DNA of 64,000 bases from Eledone cirrhosa (taxonomy: Eukaryota): assembly GCA_964016885.1 (NCBI GenBank), contig OZ024741.1:335048001-335112000 (forward strand), in the 5' to 3' direction. The notes beneath the pieces were generated by a model that saw only the letters and a program-made list of their open reading frames with translations, made no database searches and was not told where the DNA came from. Every line of letters starts with the position of its first letter. Position 1 is the first letter of the stretch. The translations under genes and the position numbers were made by a program. Below are positions 1 to 12,239 of this stretch, one piece after another.

Positions 1-292
1 AGTATGTGCCTGTAAATTGAAGGTGGAGAACTGGGAGAGGACACTTGCCCTGGTGGTCAGGGTCACCGTGGCTCTTTTTTAATGGGCTGTCTCCACGATG
101 GCCCTCGAAAGTCTCACCCCTATTGGGGAATTTTTCATTGTTTTTTTTTGTTACATCCTCTGTTTTTTGGTTTTTTTACACGCAGAAATGCCCATTTGAA
201 CCGTCCTGTATTGTCCTGTACTGTCCTTAATGTCTACTTTGTGTAAACCCTTGTGGTTAATAAAGAAAGCATTATTATTATTATTATTATTG
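1..292 (+). mobile_element. 3' end of a LINE (L1/Tx1-like) with AATAAA and an (ATT)n tail
   Basis: Closely similar to 61135-61415; ends in GGTTAATAAAGAAAGC(ATT)n. Confidence 0.6.
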
Positions 293-618
293 TTCTTTGA
301 GTCTCAGTCATTGATGTTATTTAACTGGAAAGTTTGTTGAAATGAATATCAAGCCGCTACCTGCAGCCTCAGATATTCAGGACGTATCGGAGGGTTCTTG
401 CTGTTCCCAGCAACCATGCCTTTAGAAGTGTTCCAAAAAGCGGGGCGGGACCAATTTTCTTTAACCATCCTTGGAAACTCTCTGAGATAGTACCTAGTGC
501 GCCTATGACAATCGGGACCACTTTGACTTCATGGCAGTTCCAAATCCTTTTTACCTCCCACTTTAAGTCCTGGTATCGGTTAATTTTCTTCCTCTCCTTC
601 TCTTGCACTCTTGTGTCG

Positions 619-620
<2 letters not shown>
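293..620 (-). mobile_element. 5'-truncated RLE-type non-LTR retrotransposon (Dong/R4-like): endonuclease C-terminus plus 3' UTR
   Basis: ORF 369..608 reads KERKKINRYQDLKWEVKRIW...VVPIVIGALG...LLGTARTLRYVL, the typical restriction-like endonuclease C-terminus. Flanked on both sides by (ATT/TAA)n. Confidence 0.8.
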
Positions 621-669
<49 letters not shown>

Positions 670-751
670 TCAGATTTAGCTGATCTTTCTACAAGAATTC
701 ACTTCAAAATCAAGACCTTCAGTGACGTTCAAGTTAATATTTGTTGCCAAA

Positions 752-3157
752 ATGTTTGTCAAAGTGTTTGAATTGTTACTTCTGCTACACATCTGTTATG
801 GTGTCGATTTTATCTATTATGTTAAAGAAAATAAAACACCAAATACTTATCTCGGAAATATTGGTGTTGATACTCACATGATAGATTCTGTTCCCTCAAA
901 TGAACAATACCTTGTCAGGTATAGTCAACTGCAACAGGAGACCAACAATAATTCACAACTATTTAATGTTACAAGTGATGGAAAGCTGTACACAGCAAAG
1001 ACTCTTGATGCAGAGTCGCTATGTAAATATAATACGGAATGTTTTGAAACTGTAGATATTGCTGTACGTAAAGGAAAGTCTTTTGTTAGAATCCTTGAAA
1101 TTAAGGTAGTTATTGAGGACATCAATGACAATCAACCTGAATTTGAAGACAAAGAAATTAGTCTTCAGTTTTATGAAACTGATGGTAAAGGAACCACAAG
1201 ATCAATACCAAATGCTATTGACAGAGATGTTAGTGTGAAAAATTCCCAGATAATCTATGAGTTGATAAAAAACATGGATGATCCATTTAGCTTAGTAGTT
1301 TCCAAAAGAGTTGATGGTTCATCAAATCTTATGATTACTTTAGAAAATAAATTGGATAGGGAAATAAAAGACAAGTATTTACTTCAAGTTATTGCTAAAA
1401 ATGGTGGTTCCAGAGGAAGGAATGGAAATTTGAGTGTTCAGATATTTGTTACCGATGTCAACGATAATAGACCTGTTTTCTCACAGAAAGTCTATAATAT
1501 TACTATAAATAATGGACATCGAAAAAATGTATTAGTTCTTACTTTATCTGCAAAAGATTTCGATTCTGGTAGAAATGGTAAAATATCTTATCATTTTAGC
1601 TCAAAAACGTCCAACATAGCAAAATCTTACTTTCAGTTAAATCAACTAACTGGAGAAATTTTTCTGAACGAGAAGTTTAAACCAGAGGAGAAAAAAACAT
1701 ACAAGTTATTCATTGAAGCTCGAGATGGAGGCAGCCCTCCAATGAGTTCAATCACAACTGTCCTGGTGAATGTTATCAACCAAGAAAATAACCCACCAAA
1801 ATTAGATGTAAAGTTCTCAGAATCTACAGGAAAAACTGCCTCCATTTCTGAAGGAATGGAAGTTGGCAGCTTCATTGCATATGTAAAAGTTGTTGACAAT
1901 GATATTGGTCTGAATGGTCAGGTAACTTGTGATCTGCAACATGATAAACTGCAATTGCAGAGTCTTAGTAAGAAAAAATATAAAGTTATTGTGAAAAATC
2001 CAGTTGATAGAGAAACTCAAAGCCACATGGACTTTATTATTTCTTGTGAAGACAAGGGTTCTCCACGTCTTGAAACAAAGAAGAGATTTACAATACGAGT
2101 GATGGACGTCAACGATGTGAGACCACAATTTACAAAGGATACATTCAAATTCTTGACTTATGAAAATGAAAAACCAAACTTTCCTATAGGTTTGATAAAT
2201 GTCACAGACTCAGACCTAGGACCTGGAGGTCAGTTATCATATACTCTTTTAAATAATAGCCGACATGACCTACCTTTTAAAATTTCTGATTTTGGGTTTA
2301 TCACAACAACTCAGTCCCTTGATCATGAGCAGCAGAGTCTTTATTCATTCCATGTTTTGGTGAAGGACAATGGAATACCCTCCCTGAGTAACACAGCAAA
2401 GATAAATGTCGAAGTTATGGATGAAAATGATAATGCTCCTTATTTTACTTTCCCGAATGTTAACCCTTTCAGTCTAGATGTCCACTACCACCCACAAAGT
2501 GAAAATGACATTACAGTATTAAGGGCCTCTGACAGAGACAGCAGACAAAATGCTTTTTTAAAATATGAAATACACCAAGGTAATAATCGGCAGTTGTTTA
2601 TGGTCAACTCTTATACAGGTGTTTTATCGTTTTCAAGGCCAGTTTACCAAAATGATGCTGGAACATACAATCTAAAGTTCATAGTTAAAGACAGTGGTAC
2701 TCCTGTATTATCAGCAACCACTACCTTATCCTTGACTTTAACTGTTAGCAACAAAACATCAACAATGCACACTGCTGTTAATGTGAAATCAGATGACAAA
2801 ATACATATCAATTTATTTATAATTATTATTGTGGCAGCAGTGACTGTATCTGTTGTACTAGTAGTCTCAATAACAATATGCATTATTCGCAGAAATAATC
2901 AAAGGACTGCTACATACACTGATGCAGTTGACTTCAACATGAAAATATCAAGTAAAAATGAGGACTCAGAGTTTCTCAGTGAACAATTATCCTCTCAGTA
3001 TGATGTTCCAGTGACAAAAACTCAAACTTGCAAGAGTACCAACTCTCTATCTTTAATTCCAACTGGTGGACCTCATTATAGATACGAATCAAATCGTGAA
3101 AGGAAAACTTCAACAGCAAGAATTCCTCAACAAGCAACTACAGAAGCCACACACCAG
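752..3157 (+). CDS. Protocadherin, large first coding exon (signal peptide, 6 extracellular cadherin repeats, TM helix, proximal cytoplasmic tail)
   Basis: Within ORF 722..3319. Likely start is ATG 752 (MFVKVFELLLLLHICYG, signal-like). Repeat linkers DINDNQPEF, DVNDNRPVF, NQENNPP, DVNDVRPQF, DENDNAPYF; LDRE/VDRE/LDHE and AxDxD motifs; EC1 C-X5-C (CKYNTEC); TM INLFIIIIVAAVTVSVVLVVSITICII. Donor CAG|GTATGT after 3157 (phase 0), so the ORF beyond it is probably intron read-through. Putative acceptor TTTCAG at 668-673. Confidence 0.95.
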
Positions 3158-4467
3158 GTATGTGTCTTTTTATTTTTATTTATATTTTCAGATATTCTCT
3201 TCTCTGCTATTTATTTTATTTTTTGTTATATATATCAACTGATTACCATAAACCATTCTCTCTCTTGTTCTTTTTCTCTCTTTCTCTGCTATAATCTTAA
3301 TTTCTGTCTTATTCTTTGAAAATTCAACTGGATGACATTTGACATTCTGCAAACACTGAAGGAGAAGTTGAACATGTTTCGTATTTGCATGAATTTATTT
3401 TAGACATTGCTTTTCTTTTTCTTTTTATGAATATTTATCTTTTTATTTTTATGAATTATTGTTTTTTTTTCTCCCCTTTTTTCTTTTCTTTACTTTATAT
3501 TTTTCTTTATCTATATATTTACTTTTTGGTTATGCACACACACACACACATACACACACATACACACATACATAGCTCACACACACGACACATTCGGAGA
3601 ACGAGGAAACTTATTAAAGGAAATTAGAAAATTCTATGTCGTAATGATTGATGACTAGTTTTTTTGTATTCCTTCAGCAAAGAACTTGAGGAAAATGAAT
3701 AGGCATGAACAAAAAAAATAATAATAAATAAATAAATAAATACAAAACAAAACAAAAAAACTCAAGAAAAACAAAAATAGAAAGCTATTTGAGGATGTTC
3801 TAAGATAGTAATTGCATTTTGGAAGACAGGAAAATAACAGCCAAAGTCAAAAGTCAACCTGCTTGATGTGCAGAAAGGAAATGATTCCACTGTATTTTGT
3901 TGTATATTTGTTTTCCAAAGAATACTATTTCAAAAGGCAAATTAAAACTGGGAAATTAGTTTGTGTGTAGAGCCAAGAGCTAGCAACATAAATTAGGTCA
4001 GCTCATCTATAAGGTTATATAGAAGAAAGCAGAAAGAATAGTAGAGATGAGATGAGATGAAGAATAAGAAGGAAGATATATATATATATAAAACAAACAA
4101 AAAAAAACACATACACACAAACAAAAACAAAGAAGAAAAATATACAATCACACATACATTCTGAAAGATGCATGATAGCCAAAATCCAACAAAAAAAAAA
4201 CGAAATGAATGCCAAAAACATAAAAATAAATAAACGTAAAACAAAAAAGAATTGGTTGAAGAATCACAAATAAGAGGAGCGGAAAAATATTCCCTGGCTA
4301 AATTCTATAGTCAATAGAAAAAGGAATGTGAGGTGAGAAACTGACTAAATGACAAATGTAAGTAACGAAACTCAAAGCAAGCAGATTTTCATTTAAATAA
4401 CTTTGTCCTTGGTGATTTAAACTGATTCTATACACGCCATTTCTTTTATTGTAATTGTATGTGTGTG

Positions 4468-4513
<46 letters not shown>

Positions 4514-4720
4514 TTTAATATAGAAAGGCTTCTACAGGACTAGAACTGTTTCATTCAGGAGAAATCATCAGGACAGCTGCTTCCTGATGATTTCTCCCGA
4601 ATGAAACAGTTCTAGTCCTGTAGAAGCCTTTCTATATTAAAACATTTATACTCTGCTTTGTATTGAGTACCTTACGTACTGTGGTTACCCCAGATTGAAC
4701 ACGGGATAAACTTATATTTA
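4514..4720. mobile_element. Hairpin element 1: 60-bp inverted repeat (4514-4573 / 4582-4641) with a hammerhead in each arm, plus a one-sided tail, in (TA)n
   Basis: Arms differ at 1 position. Tail 4642-4715 contains TACTCTGCTTTGTATTGAGTAC. (TA)n on both sides. Confidence 0.85.
4579..4627 (+). ncRNA. Type I hammerhead ribozyme (predicted)
   Basis: GCTTC-CTGATGA-T-TTC(TCCC)GAA-T-GAAA-CAG(TTCTAGTC)CTG-TA^GAAGC. Stem I GCTTC/GAAGC, stem II TTC/GAA, stem III CAG/CTG, cleavage triplet GUA. The stem II closing pair is U-U (non-canonical). Confidence 0.75.
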
Positions 4721-5019
4721 TATATATATATATATATATACCTTCTCAGCCCACATACCACAACAAAAATATTTTTGTTGTCACATCACCAGCCTGAGAA
4801 GCAGATCGATACTGGAATTAGGTCCATAACTCCTATGGGTTATCTTGAGCCAATCCTCTGCAAAAAGTGTATAACAGTTCGATACGCAATAAATATTTTT
4901 CATATGTAAACAAAACTTCCTTATTTTTGCTATCATATATATATATATATACGTATGCATGTATACATACATATATAGGTGGATTCCTGATATATATATA
5001 TATATCAGGAAGTAACTAT

Positions 5020-5124
5020 GGTTAAAAGAGCTACTCAACACATTAGTAGAATATAGGCATCTTTATTTTATTATAAAAATGTCTTCTACAAGACTAGAAC
5101 TGTTTCATTTGTAAGAAATCATCA
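5020..5124 (-). mobile_element. Diverged single-arm copy of hairpin element 1, truncated inside the CUGAUGA core
   Basis: Minus strand reads TGATGATTTCTTACAAATGAAACAGTTCTAGTCTTGTAGAAGAC followed by a tail with TGTGTTGAGTAGC. Confidence 0.7.
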
Positions 5125-5794
5125 TATATATATTTATGAAGAATAGGCAAATTGGGTGAGTGAGAGGTGAAAATGTCTGATCCAAATCTACATGTCTGAT
5201 GACCTGGTTGATATATATATATGTGTGTGTGTGTATATATATATAAATGTAATGAAGATCTAACACTTCGTCCTTTTTATTATTTATATATATACTGTAA
5301 ATGAGGTTGGTGTTAGGAAGGGCATCCAGCTGTAGAAATCAAGCCAGAATCAGTTCCCGTCCCACCCTTGCAAGCAGGGAAAAGCAGACGTAAAATGAAA
5401 TGATGATGATGATGATGATGATGATGATATATATAGCATATAAACCTGATGGTCAAGCTGAAAGAATTGTGATAGCTTATGGAAATATTTTGTGAAAAGT
5501 CTCATGGAAATTTTTCTCCAATTATACATTAAATTTTTTAACATTACAGGCCTCATAAATAAAACTTTATTAGTTATAACTTCCTGACATACTGGGACAT
5601 TCCTGTATATTACAACAATATTTCAAATGTAATGTTCTTACAATATATATTGAATATGTTCTTGCATTGCACAGTTGTCTTCATCACAAGAACCTCCCTA
5701 ACAACTCAATCCCAGGAATTCTGTAAAGTGTATATTGAGTAAAAATTTGAGGTTTCCTCTGTTTGTATCATCTGCAGCAACCTGCATCATTTAG

Positions 5795-6150
5795 ATCATA
5801 TGTAGCCCTGGGTTACATGTAGCACTTTAGTGATATGCAATCCTTGGAATACATATAATGCTTAAGTTACATGTAGTATTAGCTCACATGTAGCCTTTGG
5901 GTTACATGTAGCCACTGGGTTACATGCAGCCCTTGTATCACAGGGTTACATGCAGCTATTGGGTTACATGTAGCCCTTGTGTTACACATAGCCCTTTGGT
6001 TACATGTAGCACCTATGTTACATGTAGCCCTTGTGTTACACATAGCCCTTGTATTACACATAGCCCTTTGGTTACATGTAGCACTTTGGTTAAATTTAGC
6101 ACTTGGGTTACATGTAGCACTGGGCTTACATGCAGCTCTGCATTACAGTT
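5795..6150. repeat. ~20-bp minisatellite (GGTTACATGTAGCCCTT-like)
   Basis: Repeated TTACATGTAGC core containing the palindrome TACATGTA. Confidence 0.85.
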
Positions 6151-6563
6151 AGCACATGGGCCTTGTCCCACACGTGGTATTTGTGCCTCATGCAGCAATT
6201 GAGTCACATGTGGCATGAGCCAACACTGCTGGCATTTAGTCCACATGTATCCCAGGTTGGTCACATGTGGCCCATTACTTAAGCCACATGTGACTTGTTG
6301 TATGTTTGTAAGGCATGCACAATATATCTAAACATAAATGTTTACAAAAGATTTTGTAATGAAAACTCTGTTAATTTGAACAATTGCAGTTTTGTCTTTC
6401 TCTGATTTATCCAAACTTTCTCTCAATCAAATTTTAATTATTTACCTCCTGCAATATGTTGCATGTTTGGTGCTATATACGATGTTTGTTGAACTCCTAT
6501 TTTAGTGGTCTGGGTAAAATTATGACAAGTAACATCTCATAAATTCCATATATATATATATAA

Positions 6564-6653
<90 letters not shown>

Positions 6654-7257
6654 ATGTATGTATGAAGTACGTGAATTCGCATATCTGGTGATATATGGTA
6701 TGTTTATAAATAAACATTTTGAAAGCCTTCACCTATGAATTTGGAAACTGATAGTGTAGTGCCATCTAGCATGCTCCAACAGAAGCTAAGGATGAGTAAC
6801 TAGCGATGATGATGCCATCATTTCTGGCTCTGGTCATTATCAAGCTAGTGCTCCCTACACCACTTGCTGATAGACATATAGATCTCTCTGTCCCTCTCTT
6901 GAACTGCCCACAAAATAACCTGAACAATCCTGGCACACCAAACCTGTACTGCCCCGGGATCCCCAAACCTGATCACCCCACCCCAAACATGAAATGCACT
7001 GTGCTTTCCATACCTGATTAACCCCCCACCCCCCCAACAAAATTGAACTTTCCTGCCCCACACCCTCCAAAAAACCTGAATGGCTCGGGGCCACCAAAAC
7101 CTGAACTGCCCCAGACACCCAAGATCTAAATATGGCCCTGAGTGTTGGTGCAGCTCTCTTTCCTTGCCGCTGCCACACCCAGGATCTTCTACAGGAACAA
7201 AGGAGGAGAGTAATAAGAGGGTGTCTGTATCTTCTCACAACTGCATGGACAATACTC

Positions 7258-7440
7258 TAATTGTTTCTACTTTCGGCACAAGGCCCGCAATTACCCAGTA
7301 CATTACTGGTACTTTATTTTATCGACCCCATAAGGATGAAAGGCAAAGTTAACCTTGGCGGGATTTGAACTCAGATCGTAAAGGGACGTAACTATGCTGG
7401 AAAGCATGTCCAACCCTCTACCGATACTGCCAATCCACCT
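7258..7440 (-). mobile_element. SINE family A copy
   Basis: Reverse complement of GGATTGGCAGTATCGGTAGAG...GAGTTCAAATCCCGCC (A/B-box-like)...GCCTTTCATCCTTATGGGGTCGATAAAATAAAGTACCAG...AGTAGAAACAATT, which recurs many times in the window. Confidence 0.8.
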
Positions 7441-7589
7441 TCAATACTTTAATGAAGGTATGATACATACTATCAAATCATACTTAATTGTTAACAATGG
7501 ATGTAGTTTGTTTTAGTTATTTATTGCTGTCAAACCACTGGGGCTATTTACAGTGAAATACCTTATTTAGGGACACAGCAATGCAGATG

Positions 7590-7925
7590 ATTGTGGGGGT
7601 AGTGGTGGTATTGGTGACAGTGGTGATGGTGGTGATGGTGATGATTGTGGTGGTGGAGGTGAGGGTAGTGATGCTAGGTGTGTTGGTGGTGGTGGTAATG
7701 GTAGGGATGTTAGTGGTGTTGGTGATGCTCATAGTGGCAGTAGTGATGGTTGTGGTGGTAGCAGTTGTGGTGGCAGTGTTTGAGATGTTCGTAGTAGTGG
7801 TGGTAGTGGCAATGGTGCTGGTGGTGGAGGTGGTGGTGATGGTGGTGGTGGTGGTGATGGTGGTGGCAGTGATGGTGGTGGCAGTGGAGTCGGTGTTGGT
7901 GATAGTGGTGGTGGTATTGCTGGAA
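7590..7925. repeat. Degenerate (GGT/GAT)n simple repeat
   Basis: Direct reading; explains the poly-Val/Thr/Pro ORFs. Confidence 0.9.
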
Positions 7926-8389
7926 TACGGAGCATCAATCTTTGCGGCTAGCGAGCTGTCATCCTATGAAATCAGCCAGCTATATCTAATTGCTAAATAC
8001 CATTCCAGTAAATAAGGCACCAAGGAATCAATCGAGCCGAACTACAACTGGTACACAATCATTTGCAGTTGTTGCTAATTGAGATCTATGCATATTTATA
8101 TAACAAGAGTAACTGTGACAAATATAATATAATATAGAACTCACCATGTTTCCATCAGTCTCTCACTCTTACACTAATAATTACACTTCTACTTTAACTC
8201 CCACTGCACTATGGTCACAGTACATATGTGTGTGTGTCATCATCATCATCATCATCACCGTTTTATGTGTATACATATATATATCTGTATGTATGTGTAT
8301 ATACATATATATATATATATGTATATATGTATATATGCGTATATACATATACATATATATATATGTGTATATGTGTATATATGTATATA

Positions 8390-8530
<141 letters not shown>

Positions 8531-8577
8531 TCATATATATATATATTTAGATATATATATATGTATATATATATATG

Positions 8578-8974
8578 TCATCATCATCATCATCATCAGC
8601 GTTTAACGTCCGTGTTCCACGCTTGCATGGGTTTGGACGGGGGTAGTCCCACTTGAGGCAAGAGTGATTGTCTTGCTCGCATAGGACTGTCTGGCAGGTT
8701 TTCTACAGTTGGATGCCCTTCCTAACACCAACCACATTTACAGTGTGGGTCTGGGAGGTTTTTACCGTGTTGCCTACACGGCCACATTACAGCGTGGACT
8801 GTGTGTTTTTTTGTCGTGACACCTACACGATCTCATTTGTTTCGGCCTCGATGGCGCGGCACCAACATAACTTTACATAGAACGGGGTGGTGTGGATCGG
8901 GTGGGGGTGGTGGGACGGGGTGTATTTGTTAGAGATGCCTACTGGCTGGAGTAGGTTTTACTATATATTTAGGT

Positions 8975-8975
<1 letters not shown>
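8578..8975 (-). mobile_element. 3' UTR fragment of the RTE element
   Basis: Near-identical to the reverse complement of 47955-48345, with a (GAT)n tail. Confidence 0.85.
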
Positions 8976-9006
<31 letters not shown>

Positions 9007-9019
9007 TATATATATATGA

Positions 9020-9107
<88 letters not shown>

Positions 9108-9180
9108 TCATATATATATATATTTAGATATATATATCCCTGTGCATGTATGCTTTATCAGTATATATATATATATATAT

Positions 9181-9220
<40 letters not shown>

Positions 9221-10061
9221 GCCATATTCCCTATTTTATGATTACATTTTCCCCATAGCAAATGAATAAAACTAAATAATTCCTCCTGTGGCAGCAACTA
9301 ATCTCTTAACACATACTTTTAGAACATTAATCTCTATCGGTGTTTCTGGTTCTGTTTGAAAAATCTCAAACAACCTCTTCTCATTTCAATAATTCTTCAT
9401 CTCCGTCATGTTCCATTGATGCCATATACATTAATAATATCTGCTAATGTTGTGTATCAATATCAGGTGGAGTGATATTGTTCTTTTCCACATTGCTCCT
9501 ATAATCAGCCGTGCCATTCTCTGCTAAATTGATCACTCACAGTTTGATCAAACTTGCTATTAACGCATACCTTGTGTAAATGTGTGAATGCATTTGTTTT
9601 GCTTGGTAACTGTTTATTGCTATAGGGATACTAATGTAACGTAATGTAATGTAATGTAATATAATATACACATTGAGAGAAATTCAAATAGACCTAAATC
9701 ATATTGAGATTTGAAAACATGGTAACACACACAAACTCACACATGTATATATACTCACACACACACATACATATATATATAAATAAATAAATAAATAAAT
9801 AAATATATATATATATATGCACACACACATATAAACTCACACATATATAAATATATCTATATATATGTACACACACTCACATATACATATATGTGTTTGT
9901 ATGTATATACACATACAAACACTCACATATATAAATATATATATCATCATCATTCTCATCATCATCGTTTAACATTTATCTTCCACGCTAGCATGGGTTA
10001 GACGGGAATTGTCCCACTTAAGGCAAGATTGATCGGGTGACCATGTCTCGCTCGTATAGGA

Positions 10062-10113
<52 letters not shown>

Positions 10114-10429
10114 CATCCAGCTGTAGAAGGGCATCCAGCTGTAGAAAACCCGCCAGACAGTCCTATGCGAGCAATGACAACCACTCTTGCCTCAAGTGGG
10201 AAAACTCCCGTCCAAACCCATGCAAGCGTGGAACATGGACGTTAAACGATGATGATGATGATGATGATATACCAGATAGGGTGTGGTAAAAACCAGGTAT
10301 ACCATAACCCACCAGAGTACTCAATACTTGGGATAATAGATGTTTGGATCTAGCTATCAAAATGGCCGAAACTCAGCCGTCGGGGTCTTGAATCTTTTCA
10401 TATATATATATGTATATATATATAAATGC

Positions 10430-10610
10430 AAAAAGTAAACAGAAATAACAAAGCAAACGACACAGTACAATGAAGAGACATTTTACTTTTATGCACGATA
10501 TAGTAGGAAAAGAGTCTTAATGTTTCAGATGCTAGTCTTTCATTAGAAAATTAAATGAGAAATTAAAGGTAGAGAATAGTGAACAGGTCGCTATCTCTTG
10601 GAAAATGAAT
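10430..10610 (-). mobile_element. Hammerhead-like element family 2 (degenerate core)
   Basis: Minus strand CTAATGAAAGACTAGCATCTGAAACATTAAGACTCTTTTCCTAC; homologous to 12240-12365 and 62040-62180. Confidence 0.6.
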
Positions 10611-10621
10611 ATATATATATA

Positions 10622-11020
10622 ATTGGTGTTGGATGCTTAAAGCGTTCGTATGCGGTAGGCCGTATGAGCACTCAATGCCCTCGTAGAGCAGAGTATGATA
10701 TCACAGAAAAAAGAGAATCAGTGTTGCGACGAAAGGAATTTATTGGACATATTACAATTGTTTCTCGGGCGACCAGCTTGAGGCACGATCGATATGGTGA
10801 TCAAACCTGACTCTGAAATCGCGCGGTCCTCAGATGCATCTCGATTCTATGAAGCAGATTTTCCTATTAAGAATCGAGACGCATCCGAGGACCGCGTGAT
10901 TTCAGAGTCAGGTTTGATCACCATATCGATCGTGCCTCGAGCTGGTCATCCGAGAAACAATTGTAATATGTCCAATAAATTCCTTTTGTCACAACACTGA
11001 TTCTCTTTTTTCTGTGATAT
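10622..11020. mobile_element. Hairpin element 2: 151-bp inverted repeat (10698-10848 / 10870-11020) with hammerhead motifs and a one-sided tail
   Basis: Arms differ at 8 transitions. Tail 10622-10697 on the minus strand reads TACTCTGCTCTACGAGGGCATTGAGTGC. TA runs at both ends. Confidence 0.85.
10746..10840 (-). ncRNA. Type I hammerhead ribozyme with extended stem II (predicted)
   Basis: GATGCAT-CTGAGGA-C-CGCGCGA...TCGCCCG-A-GAAA-CAATTG-TA^ATATGTC, with palindromic stem III ACAATTGT. The opposite arm has CCGAGGA. Confidence 0.6.
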
Positions 11021-11109
11021 ATATATATCCATTTTATTGAGGCTAAACAGTGAGACTTCTTGCATTGGAGTTTTGTCTGCTTCAGAAAGATGCTTCATCT
11101 ATCTATCTA

Positions 11110-11204
<95 letters not shown>

Positions 11205-11214
11205 TATAAGGAGA

Positions 11215-11510
11215 GCCACACATCTTAATGGTGTCATTTATCGAATAATGGAAATCTGCATTATTTCTTTTTGACTCGAAATAAATCTGTATAGGTCTTA
11301 AGAATCGGTATTTAACATCTTCATGTAATTCATTGCTTACCTTTCTGCTTTTGTTATGCCTTTTATATCTTTATATCTTTACATGGTGTTCGATATGTTT
11401 GTCTAGGTAACTGTTGTGTACACTCTGACCAGTTTTTGTCACAACTATTTTGTCAAGCAATTGCTAGACAATATGATAGATATTATTGTGTATTAAAGAA
11501 AATTATTCAT
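11215..11510 (-). pseudogene. Decayed GIY-YIG endonuclease-like fragment (Penelope-like element remnant)
   Basis: Manual translation NNIYHIV*QLLDKIVVTKTGQSV...LDKHIEH resembles the NxIYxIxCxxCxxxYxGxTG pattern. It lies between (TA)n tracts. Confidence 0.4.
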
Positions 11511-12239
11511 ATATATATATATATATATACGTATGTACATACTTTTATATATGATGGCTGGCCCCTCGTTATCAAGTGTGGCCATTGCACGATATACCAT
11601 TATTAATAATTATTAATTAATTCTATCATGCAATGCCTTTGCGTGAATATTCTTTTTAAAGTGAGGAAAGACTGTGCACTGAGCCAATCCCACTCTCTGA
11701 GCGACAGTAGCTATAAACCAAAAAGAAGAAAAGATCAACATCATCGGTAACTATTGAGCCACAGGTTTTATATCGGCATTATCCCAGTTTCCTGAGTTGC
11801 CTTCTCCAAGAAGAATGCCCTGACAAAGGGTAGGGGTCCTTCACTCCCAGTGGTTTAACCACGCGGTACATGTCTATATACATATTTACACACTTTTGGA
11901 TGGCCGTTGACTCTTATGAGTTCTTCCGCCCTTTGTCAGGTTTTTGTTTGTCCTTCAGGGTGTCCAAAATCACCCTCCTCACAAAGTAAACTTGGTGGGG
12001 TTGCCAGTTTAGTCGCCGACGACCCGACCATGCGACAGGTTGTACTGTATATATATATTTATGTATGTATGTATATGAGTGCTACTGGTAACATGTAACC
12101 CAGTACAACCTGTCGCATGGTCGGGTCATATATATATATATATATATAAGATCCTGTTAAGGGTGAAAGCAGCGATTATTTGCTTAAACTTTAATCTGTT
12201 ATTTTGATAAATATATATATATATGTATGTATGTATGTA

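Noticed and set aside
3158-3319. Second hydrophobic segment at the end of the protocadherin ORF
   Set aside because: Follows a canonical GTATGT donor and is T-rich intron-like sequence.
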